Assembly: GCA_043228905.1 (NCBI GenBank)
Contig: JBHGNT010000017.1
Span: 14,198,001-14,262,000 of the forward strand
Reading direction: 5' to 3'
Length of the DNA stretch: 64,000 nt
Source of the DNA: Azolla caroliniana
Taxonomy: Eukaryota; Plantae; Polypodiophyta
The notes below the pieces were generated by a model. That model did no database searches. It was not told where the DNA came from and was given only the letters and a program-made list of their open reading frames with translations. Each line of letters begins with the position of its first letter. Position 1 is the first letter of the stretch. Below, piece by piece: positions 1 to 11,567 of this stretch. Both the position numbers and the translations under genes were made by a program.

Positions 1-65
1 TCTGATTATGACTTGGAAATGGATGAATTTCATGTGATGGTGACTTGGAAATGGATGAGTTTCAG

Positions 66-3000
66 GTTTTCTATGTGTGGTTTGATGCTCCGATTGGTTA
101 TATATCTATTACTGCAACTTATACAGCTGACTGGGCTAAATGGTGGCAATCAAAAGAGAATGTAGAGCTTGTGCAGTTTATGGGGAAGGACAATGTCCCT
201 TTCCACACCGTAAGGTTCCCAAATCTTTACTAAAAGATTGTATTTCAAACTTTTCATTTCTAACAGGATGATATACCAGGTCATATTCCCGTGCACTCTA
301 ATTGGTACTGGTGATCCTTGGGTCTTGATGAAAACCATAAGTGTCACAGAGTATCTTAACTATGAGTCAGGTTTGCAGTTTTATTACTTTTGAACTCCAT
401 ATATGTAGTCCAATACTGTATTGTAATCCAGCTTTGTGTCTGAATGTAGAGTTCAAAATTCTCTCTTCACGTGCTTACATCAGTTCTTATTTTATTGCTT
501 GGTCTTTTTTTTGCACTGAACTGGTCAGTGTATGCCTCAATGATCTGACATGTATTACTTTGCAGGCAAATTTTCTAAAACAAAAGGTGTAGGTATATTT
601 GGAAATGATGCCAAGACCACAAGCATTCCAGTTGAAGTATGGCGCTATTATTTGCTAACCAATCGGCCTGAGGTATATAGAGATTAAACTTATATCCGTG
701 ATCTACTGTTGGAAATTTGTCTAGCTTTGAAACTTACATAATTTGGCTGATCTGTGATCAATGCAGATATCTGATACTTTGTTTACATGGTCTGATCTTC
801 AAGCAAAGCAGAATAACGAGCTCCTTAAAAACCTAGGCAATTTTGTGCATAGATGTCTATCTTTTGTTGCAAAACCTTCAGGCAAGTGTTGCACTTCAAA
901 TCTTTCCTTGCATCTGTACTTCATTTTGGTTGTGGCATCATACATGGTTTTTCCTGGTTGGAGTTCAACAGGTGAAGGTTATGGTGGTGTGATACCGGAA
1001 CAAAAAGGCTCTGAGAAACATCAATTGACAACTGAATTGATATCAAAGATAGAGGAAAATGTGCTGCAATATATTGATGCAATGGAAAAGGTGGCACAGT
1101 TTTTCTTACGGATGTCCCATTTTATTCACTGCTAACACTCATATTAGACTGTTCATTACACAGGTTTCCTTAAAGAAAGGGCTGAAGCTAGCTATGACTG
1201 TATCTAGTCTTGGCAATCTGTACTTACAGGTGACATAAATGGCAGCTTATGCTTATTTTTGTGCAGAATTCTATTCAATTTCTTTCAAGTATCTCATGAT
1301 ATTGGAAGCAGGATAGCAAATTCTGGAAGCTCTACCGTGATGATGCTGAAAGCTGTGCCATTGTAATAAAAACTGCAACTAGCGTTGTACTGCTGCTTGC
1401 TATCCTTTTGGAACCATTTATGCCGTCCTTCTCTCAAAAGGTATATTTCTGTTGAAATTGCAGTTTCTCATGGGTGTAAGCCGTCAAAGGGATCTTATCA
1501 TCATTATACCTGCTCTAGGTGCTTTTACAACTGAATTTACCACAATCAAATCTTTCACTCTCTGAAGAAGCTGGGTTCTTGCAAAAGATCAAGGAACTTT
1601 ATGATTTAGTCCCTGGTGGGCATAAGATTGGAAAACCTGAGCCTTTATTTTTTGAATTGGTATGATGCACTCGTGCTATGTTGGTTATTGTCTCAATTTT
1701 CTATATAATACTCATATCTGGTTATTTTGGCCAATTTTTCTGGAGCAGAAGGACGATGAAGTAGAAGTGTACAGGCAAAGATTCGCCGGAAGCCAGGCAG
1801 AACGTGCAGATAGGGAAGCTGCAGCTATTGTGTCAGCCAAAGTCAAGGCAGTCTCTATTTCTGGCAAGCTTGATACTTTTCGACTTTGGAAAATTCATTA
1901 GTAATTTGAAGTGGGAAAAAATGCTGACTTGCAAAAATTGCAGGTAAAAACGAAGGAAAGTCCAGCAAAGGATCAGCCGACTCAACGAGAAAAAGTGATG
2001 GAAAGGATTCAAAGGATTTACTTGTTGATATAACAAGGTTAGATATCCGAGTGGGAGTGATTACGAAGGTGCAAAAGCACCCTGATGCAGATTCTTTGTA
2101 TGTTGAGGAGATTGATGTTGGTGAGCCCACACCTAGAACTGTTGTCAGTGGGCTAGTGAAATACATATCATTAGAAGCCATGCAGGTAATGCTTTCTTTT
2201 CTCAACTCTGAAGATGTTAAGATTTTCATCCTACAATGTGGGATTATAAGGTGTTCTGTAAAATATTGGTTTGCCTGCTCATTATATTAAAGATTGATTA
2301 TTCAATGTGGAGTATAAGGCATTTCCAAAGGTGTTGGTTTGCCATTTCTGCGTGCTTTCCATTTGCACGCTAGCTGAGTCTGTTCTATGTTCATTATACA
2401 GTGGTGTGTAAGGCGTTTCCAAAAGTAATGATTTTGCTGGTTGATTGTGTATTCATGTTTTAAATTTGCACAAACATTTGTAATTACATCAATTTGTAAA
2501 CTGATAATTGGATGCAATCACTAATAAACCTTTTCTGTGATGAATCAATTGAGCATATGTGTCTGTTATGAATGTAGATCTGGTGTGCACAAAAGGGCAG
2601 TTTAATTTTAAGAGAATCAGATGTTAATTATATGCTTCAGAATGTTATAGTGAATAGTACTTTTTTAAAATGTTGTAGGGCCGGAAAGTATGCGTACTCT
2701 GCAATCTGAAGCCGGCTTCTATGAGAGGAATCAAGTCCCAAGCTATGGTTCTTGCTGCCTCAGATGCTGAACATACTACTGTAAGTTCTATTACTCCCTA
2801 CATGGAAGGTATAATTTCTATCAGGAAATGATCAAAATACCCCTCGATGAACAGAGATTAGTGTTAATCAACAAGTTCATTCTAGCTAGGTTGAGAAAGA
2901 AAGCTATATTAATGTCTTTTAAGAGGCCAAAATGGCCTAAAAAACCAAACAAAAGATGAAATTTTACAATGTTCTCTTGTCTTTGAGAACAACAAACCAA

Positions 3001-6000
3001 AATAAATATAAATAAATATAGGGCGCTAAAGGATCTAGGTATCTAAGAACTTAAAACTCTGAAATTAGATAGATGGAAACTATTTTCTTTGAAAATCTCC
3101 AACATGGTCCGATCCTGTCCACATCACAGTGTGATTGCCTGATCTAGTGTAACCCCTTTTCAGCCAGCGGTTTTGATGACCAAGTGCTAGACTCAGTACC
3201 TTTCCTTAGGGAGCTCCCAAGTCTGTTTGATACTGCTCACTCATTGGAATAATGTTTCGATCATCACTAGGGCTGCAACCACAAATTAGTTCGTGCTTCT
3301 TGGAGCAGGATATATGCACATTGTCTTTTAAGGGAATGAAGGGCGGCATATCCATGAGAAAATCGAGCACATGCAACCTCCTGTTTGGAGAACCAAGGCC
3401 TTGTGAATGTTACTCCTTGATATGTCTAGGGTTGTGCGTATGCCATCTTCTCCTGTCCAAAGAAGATTCCTGGTTCTGATTTTGCCACCCATGCTTGAGT
3501 GGCATTGTGAGAAAAGCTGTTAATAGCAGCAGCGGAACAGTTGTTAGAACAAAATAGACACAGCCAAGCTGTGAGAAGGCTGTTAGCAGTAGAAAAAATG
3601 GTTGCAAAGAGTAGAGACACAACCAAAGAGTAGAGCTTGTTATTAAGTAGCAACAAAAGTAAAAGTCTTTACAAAAGAGGTTGGTATAGCCTATTTATAC
3701 AAAATTGGAGAAAGTGGGTGAAATGGTTGTTTGGTAGTTAAGTGACTCTTGTACTATACCAAATAGGTACAATAAAGTGGGAATAACAGGGAATATCTTG
3801 GAAAAAGTGGAAGAGAGAAAAGGCATTTAAAGCGTTGGAGATTCTAGAGAGAGAAGGCATTTAAAGAGTTGCAGATTTTAGAGAGAGAAGAATCTGGGAA
3901 GAGAGAGAATGCAGTACAGCGATAATCAAGATGAAAGAGGGTGCAGGTCTGGAGCTACCACCCTCCAACATTAAGCACCATCACTTTAGTTTGATTGACA
4001 AATGCTTCTCTATACAAGATGACTTTAAAGTATTTTGATATCTTTGTATCCCCCCTAGAGAGCCAGAGAGCAACAAATATCGTTAGTAAACAGTAATATC
4101 TGAAGGGCAGCGCGAGGATTAGGGTTTTAGGTCAACCAGAGAGAGAGAGTCTGAGTGAGAGACAAAGGGAGAGAGAGAGATGCACGCTGTCTTGGGTATT
4201 GTGGAATAGATGCACCTTTGGAGTATGGCAAAGTGCTCTCAGATAGGAAATTTAGGGTAACATAGCTTCTCTGCCTCTCTCATATCTTTGATTGTCATTG
4301 CTATGAATAAGATGAGAGTCTTTGAGAGCTTGAGGCAGATTCACATGTATCTGGTTCTCTAGCTCGCTTAACTGGTTGTATGAATGGATGTAAGTCTCAT
4401 TGGTAGAGAACTGCGAATCATGATCCCTTTTGACACTCTTGATCTACTTTGTCTAGTGGACTGCATGCATGCAGATTCCTGTGGAAAGTTCTCATTCGAG
4501 GTATGCCTTACTTTAGGCTCTTGTGTGTCTGTGTAATGAGGATATCTTGTCCCATTATGAACTCTTCGACACAAGCTCATCCCCAAAGAACACTCACAAC
4601 TTTCTTAGCCCCATCACTACTACTAATGCTTTAAGTCAATCAAGGGATACACAAATGGGCTCCCGACCAGGACATAACAAAGGGGTTACAATAGATCGGG
4701 CAACAGAAATTTGTTGTGCACGTAGACCCCAGGCCCATGGACCACGACCTCAGCACCCTTGTCATCGACAAATAAAGGCCATTATTTCCAGCCATTGCAG
4801 GTGCTTCCCTCGCTTCAGAGACCTCTCCATTCTGGATCGACCTATGCTAGAGATCTTTTGAAGACAAAAGTTATAATATACCTAACTTGAGAATCTCACA
4901 TGTGCCAAAAACCAAATTCCCTCATCACTTTTTATCTTATTTACTTTTATATTTACTGAGTACTATTTATTTTATTTTGATTTGTTCTAAAAAACGAGAC
5001 AACACTTAAAGATGTAATCACTTGTTTGGTCTTATAGGCCATTTTGGCCTCTTAAAAGACGTTAATATATCCTTCTTTCTTTCTTTATGGGTATGTACAA
5101 AGTGGCCATTTGCAATTTCAAACTGCAATGTGTAGGTCTGATTTGTTGCCTAAGAGACTGTAAATCTGTATTTGAGGGCCTTGCAATCAATAACAATGTG
5201 ATTATCTTGGTAAACCATCTCCTTGCCGTCCTTCTGGTTTATATGTTGGTGGCATACTTTATTTTCTATTGTCAGCAGCTTGCACTTTTGTTAAGTTGTT
5301 GTGGAGGAAGATGGGCCTCATCGAACCAATTATTTGGGTTTGATGTTTTCTAAGTTGTGGATTTGACTTCCTTTAGATAGGGTGAATTCCTTCCCAACCG
5401 TTGTTCCTACTTGGCTTTGATCTCTTGGAGTTTAGGGTTAAGTTCACCTGCTTTTTGTGACTGAAGTTCAACTTCATTGGTTCATGTTTAGCAGTTTGTT
5501 ATCTTATTTGAAGAGGAAGATCCAGTGTTGTAATGCATTAATAGTTGTATATATATTTTTCTTGTTTGAATTAATCAAATTCCATCATATTTTTTTACAG
5601 TTTTTCCAAATATACCATCACCCATCAAAACTGTTTGCTTCAATTTTTATTTTTGAACTCTTAATTCTACTTCGATGTGGGTCTTTCATTGTGTGGGTTG
5701 TAACGACTTCTCACTCAACTTTTATGTCCTCGATTTTAGGGTTACGATATCTCGCTTCTTTGTGGAATGAGGGAATTTTAAAACTACTTCTGAGCATTTT
5801 AGAAATTAAGTAAAAAATGCAATGTGCTTTGGAAAACATTATTATTAGAAATTTCCTTAATTGGCCATTTGCGGTGACAATCTATTTGCTATTATATTAT
5901 ATTATGTTTGCAGGTTGAGCTAGTGTGCCCTCCTAAAGATGCATCACCTGGGGAGAGGGTAACATTTCCTGGTTATGATGGAGAGCCAGATGATGTACTT

Positions 6001-6144
6001 AACCCAAAGAAGAAGATATGGGAAACTGTCCAAGTGGATTTACATACGAACAACGAGCGTTTTGCTTGCTACAAGGGTATCCCTTTCACTACAACTGCTG
6101 GTGTTTGCACAGTTTCTTCCATTGTTAATGGTTCCATTAAATAA
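66..6144 (+). CDS. MARS: Cytosolic methionyl-tRNA synthetase, 3' part (5' exons outside window); spliced exons 66-209, 280-370, 566-672, 767-881, 972-1090, 1164-1229, 1312-1440, 1519-1659, 1749-1863, 1944-2185, 2679-2780, 5914-6144 (1602 nt, 533 aa)
   Basis: Joined exons give an open frame with MetRS motifs [22 protein letters not shown], the KMSKS-equivalent GKFSKT, WRYYLL, LGNFVHR and LEPFMP. They are followed by an EMAP-II-like OB-fold domain ([56 protein letters not shown]). All acceptors are AG; donors are GT except two GC. Confidence 0.95.
2894..5080. repeat. Diverged inverted repeat pair (TE remnants, possibly two opposed LINE 3' ends) in the last MetRS intron
   Basis: AGAAAGAAAGCTATATTAATGTCTTTTAAGAGGCCAAAATGGCCTA at 2894 is the near reverse complement of 5035-5080. 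Patchy similarity continues inward (TGTAACCCCTTT about 3148 vs AAAGGGGTTACA about 4679). FLWKVLIRG at about 4475 resembles a LINE zf-RVT region. Confidence 0.55.
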
Positions 6145-7029
6145 GATGGAAATGTCACTACCTGCTTGTTAGACGGCGAGTTGTAACTGTAATTTTCCAA
6201 TTTTGATTAGATAAGTCATATGGACATGATTACAAAACAGATGCCAAAAAGAAATTATTTTTTGATTGGAGAATTAAGACATCAGAAGCAGAACTAAAGA
6301 TCTTTCTCTCTTAGACATGTTTTCCTATTTTACCATCCCCGAGATAAAAAAAATTCAATCCCTCTTATTATTTATTTGGGAATACTTTGGAAAGGTTTGT
6401 TTACCTGCCCCCCACGATTTTAAAGATTGAATCCACTTACTATTTCATCAGAAATACATTGGATTTGGGGAAATTAGACAGAAAAGCTTATTTTTCTTGT
6501 TGCCTTTTTTGCATATATCACATGTATTATGAATCAGATGCATGAATGCAACTGTGACATAGGTAATTTGGGCGTATTGCAGATTTTAATACATTTCTGT
6601 TCATTTCATAACCTAAACGTAATGATCAGTTACTGCTATTTTTCTTGTAAATTGGACTTTTATTACTCATTTACATAAAACTGTGTGATGGTATTGGGCT
6701 TTCATAAAATAGCCTGAATAATTGGATGCATTTTCTCCCATTGCTCCAATGGTTTGGTACAGAATCTTAGTATCAAAATCATGTGTAAATGTAAATGTGC
6801 ATTGTCATTTTGATCATGGCATATGCCTTTTTGCCAATTGGAATCATTTGATGACAAGGATATTTGGTGGTATGTTCACTAGGTTGGCAGTGCAACGAAT
6901 CATGGAATTATGATAGAAGTTGTTCAAGTACTAACAGATCTTGATCTCACTATATCCAAGACATACACATCTTTTGGTGGTGGTTGGTGAAAGCGTCGTG
7001 GCGTCAAAAAATGAAGATGTCGCTCTCAA

Positions 7030-8241
7030 TTTCTTTAATAGGGTTTGAGCAATTGCCGAAAAACTGCTTGTAGGTAGGTTCCTGAGCTCTATGATGGTAG
7101 ACACCTCGTAGTCCAAGGAGGAAAGGCAGAGAATATGGAAGAAGGCGTACATATCCTTATTGGGAGGAGGATATCTTCGAAAGCACCCAAAGAAGAGAGT
7201 GAGAATGACATTGAGAGGGTTTTGCAGGAAGTAGCAAACGAAAATAATGTATATGTTCCATGAAAGTCCTTGGGCACAGAGGTATATGGGCAACTTGAGG
7301 TATATGGGCAACTTTTGAGAAACTGAAGGAGAAGTATCGATGGTCAAGATATACAAGGATGTTGTCCATTTTGTGGGGGTGTGAAAGTTGCTAAATGCAG
7401 TCAAATTTACAACATGGAGATGAGTTGAACCCAACTTAACCGCTAACCATACACTTCCAATGAATGGTGAACTTGGTATCCATATCGATAAGAGTAGGGC
7501 AAATGAAACATTTGGTACTAGCAAGGGAAGACCTCATGAACCAAGTGGAAGGAAGGGCATGGGCATGGGCATGGTCCCATAATCAAGACTATTGTTAATG
7601 CTTGTGAAGGAAGAGTCAAAGATTGGCCTCGTTTGTTACCTTGTACCTTGTGGATCAATAGAACCACTCACAACTCAGTGACAGGGTTCATGAAAGTTGA
7701 GCTCATGTATGGACAAACATTGGTGATGCCAATTGAAGAGACAATTACGTCATGGATAGCAATGTTGTGGGAGAACAAGATGAGCAGGGAAGAGCTTCTA
7801 GCAATGAGGGTAAGAAACTCGAGAAGCAGTTAGAGGACTTGAATTCGCTTTAGACCAACTAAAGGTTGCTAAACTCAAGAATAATGGTAGATTTGACAAG
7901 ATGCACCGTCTACGGTTGAGGAAGAGCGAAGAGGGAGATTGGGCAATTGTATATGACCACAAACTCAATAATCAACATAGTTCCATGAGGAATTTCAGTA
8001 GGCAATGGTTTGGGCCATATCTTGTATTCAACACAAGAGATAACGCCACCTACCACCTCATTGAACTTAATGGGACGAGGCTAGCGATACCCTTAGAGCA
8101 AAAGGGCGAAGATATTCAAGAAGCGACAAGAGGAGAAGCTAGATGTCAATGGCCTCAAGGGAGAGGAAGATGAAAGATGACTACCTTTAACCTCACTATT
8201 TTTGACACATACCGGAGGATGTGCAATTTGGTGGGGGTGAA
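7030..8241 (+). pseudogene. Degenerate Ty3/gypsy integrase fragment (same lineage as the element at 44517-52437), followed by PPT and LTR start at 8242
   Basis: WPRLLPCTLWINRTTHNSVTG and QWFGPY match 46164-46418 and 45828-46079. PPT TTTGGTGGGGGTGAA is followed by TG. Confidence 0.8.
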
Positions 8242-10118
8242 TGTTGTGATGTAGTGGGTCCAAATGCAGAAAATAAATAGAAAAAGGGATAAAAAGGACA
8301 ACCACATTAAAGTTATATATGTATATATAAAAATACTATTATAATAAGAAAATGTTTATACCTAAATTAAAATGCATTAGGTTGTGAATAAAGAGGTGTA
8401 GGGTTCATGTTTGATCAATGTGTGAAGGGGTTACTTTCCTTACATAATTTATATAAGAGAGGTAGCCAAGAATTAAATGCAACTGTGGGCGCTTTATCTC
8501 TATAAAAAGAGGGGATGAGGGTTCATTGGGTTCCACGTTTTAGCGATTTTGATGTTTTTGAAGGTCTAATTCTTGAGTTCGAGGGTTTCTTACTATTCTT
8601 CTTTGTCTTCTTTTCCTTAACATTTTGAGGGGTTTTAGGGATTGTTTACTCTTTTGAGAGTTTAGGGTGTGAGTGGGTGAAAGAAAGAAATTAATGTCTA
8701 GGTTATTAATGTCTAGGTTGTTCGCAAAATGCCAAACTTACCTTGGTGCTATATTAGGAGCTAGTATAGATGCCTTAAAAGCTTGACAATATATCTTGTC
8801 TTGTGATTGGCTATACATCCTACTAATAAAAACCACTATTTGGAAAAGTGTTTCTACTAGCATAGGAGGTAAAGTGAATTGTGCTCCAATGATGTCATAT
8901 GTTACTATTGATTGCCTTTGGAGTTGACATGATAGCATCGTCACCAATGGTCTCTCTAATTGTGTTGACATGAAAGGTGGTAGCCTTGGCGTACATGAGG
9001 GAATGGGTTACTAATGAGTTGAAGACTTACCCCTTAGTTCATGGCTCTTGTAAAATATACTTGGTGGCATTGTGTCTCTAAGAGTGAGAGGGCTACATAT
9101 CCTCTTGTTAGTCTATTTTCTTTTCACCTATGTCATCGAAAATTTACCTAAGCGAGCACTGAAAGTGACTCCAAGATATACATACGATCCAACTACCTCA
9201 ATTGGTTTTTGAGAGAGTGTTAGGTGAAATTTAGTCCTTGTTAGGTTTAGAACCGTAGATTTATGAGAAAAAAGAAAAACTGAAATATACAAAATAGAAA
9301 ACAAAATACACAGTGCACAACTTTTGCGTGGAAACCCTAAAAAAGGGGAAACCACGAGGCAACGGATTTTCACTATAGACAAAAGTACAAGAAAAATAGA
9401 CTTGATTGTTCGACCCATAACTCGATAGTCCAGTTGATTCAACTAACCGACTCCAATGTCGACTATCCAGTTGGTTCAACTGATAGACTTTGTCATCAGC
9501 CATCCGGTTGGCCCGACTAGTCGGCCTAGTCTTTCACTTGGATCATCCATCCGATACTTGGCCGAAATCAAGATACTCGACTCTCCATTTCCTTTAATTG
9601 AATTATTCCTCTAATCAGCCGACTACAAAGTCGACTCGCCAGTATCATGATATGGCAAGATTCGAACCCATGACCTTATGTTACATGGGTCAAGACCCTG
9701 CCATTAGACTATACATTGTAATATGAAGGATATTATTTTCATTTATTATTTCACTATAGAAAATTGATGTATATTCCAATTTTCTCTGGAACATTCTAGA
9801 AACTTCAGGAGTACTCTTGAAAACACTATATAATGAGGCAGATGGCATTATTTCGAACCAAATTGGTTCAACGCCAGTCTTAAGCCTCCTAATTATCCTT
9901 GTATATTCTTTTTAGATAATATATCTTTTGTCATCATCATTCTCTCTCTCTCTCTCTCTCATGTTCTACGCCCTCTTTTCCTCTTAGTACTAATCTCCTC
10001 TCTGTCTCAGTACTATTCTTGACAGTTTGAACCGATTTCTTTCCTTCCTCCTCTTCCTTTTATCTTTACTTCTCCCTCCATTCATACTAATATCTTATTC
10101 CTCTTTTCTCTCATACTA

Positions 10119-11567
10119 TGGCAACTCTTAGCGCTCAAGAATATCCGTTTTCCCGGAGTTGTAGTGCTTGAAAGAGAAGTTTCTCGCATTGGAACAAGAA
10201 AATCAACGACTGTTGGGGGATCTTCAATAAATCTCCTTAGAAAAGCAGCAGACGCAACAACAACATGGGGAACTAGAGTTACGCATGCAACAACTCAAAG
10301 CGACCATTGTAGCGTTGCAACAACAAGGACCAAGTATGCAAGGGATTCATAAAGAACCCAAGATTGGCCTTACTATGAAATTCGATGGAATGCGATCACA
10401 GTTTAGAGGATTCCTTAATCAGGTACGATTATTCATTCAAATGCATCCTTCTTGATATCCTACCGATGCATCACGAGTGGGTCTAGTAGGCACGTTGTTA
10501 TGTGGCTCAACTTTGGCATGGTTCTCTTCGTTGTTAGAAAAGGAATCTCCATTACTAAACAATTTTGAAGAGTTTTTAAGTGAGTTTAAAGCCTGTTTTG
10601 GAGATACTGACAGCATAAGGACAACAATCAACAAAATCCGACGACTACGTCAAGGTGATCGTCCAACCTCCGCATACTGAAATTCGATGGAATGCGATCA
10701 CAGTTTAGAGGATTCCTTAATCAGGTACGATTATTCATTCAAATGCATTCTTCTTGATATCCTACCGATGCATCACGAGTGGGTCTAGTAGGCACGTTGT
10801 TATGTGGCTCAACTTTGGCATGGTTCTCTTCGTTGTTAGAAAAGGAATCTCCATTACTAAACAATTTTGAAGAGTTTTTAAGTGAGTTTAAAACCTGTTT
10901 TGGAGATACTAACAACATAAGGACAACAATCAACAAAATCCGACGACTACGTCAAGGCGATCGTGCAACCTCCGCATACGTTGCAAATTTTCGTCTACTT
11001 GCCTTCGATATCCCCTAGGATGATCAAGCGTTAATGGAGCAATTTTGTTATGGTCTACGTAACGATGTCAAAGATTTACTCTTGACCTTTCCCGAAGAAC
11101 CAAAGTCATTAACAGAAGCAATCAGTCGCGCAGTGAGATGCGACAATCGCCTCTTCGAACGACGTTCGGAACATCAGTTCCAGATGCCAAGGGCAAGATC
11201 TGAGCCTACCTACACCTTAGTGGTAGCGAAACCTTTTCCGAGGGAGTCATATAATGGGCCTCCAGTAAGTACTCCAACTCCAATGAAAATTGACACTACA
11301 TGTCGTCATGGACCGCTATCAGAAGAAGAAAAGCAATGATGCTGAGCAAACCGACTATGTCTTTATTGCGGTGGACCAGGGCATATTGTGGTAAACTGTC
11401 CCCATAGGCCAAGAAGGCAGGTAAACCAAATAGTTGCTAATTCTGATTGTACTAAACCCGAGTCTATGTCAGTAGGGATATCTGATAGTCCTAATAGTAC
11501 TAATAGCCCAAATCTAGCAAACAAATTTGATGTCATTAGTCAGTTAGAAGAAGAGTTAAACGACTAA
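10119..11567 (+). pseudogene. Chromovirus gag (stops, 302-bp internal duplication)
   Basis: Retrotrans_gag-like segment (AWFSSLLE..F..F.D..LRQG..F.YGL), zinc knuckle CLYCGGPGHIVVNC; ends ELND*. Confidence 0.85.

Noticed and set aside
9-58. Short direct repeat TGACTTGGAAATGGATGA just before the first exon
   Set aside because: Small intronic duplication with no evident effect on the acceptor at 65.
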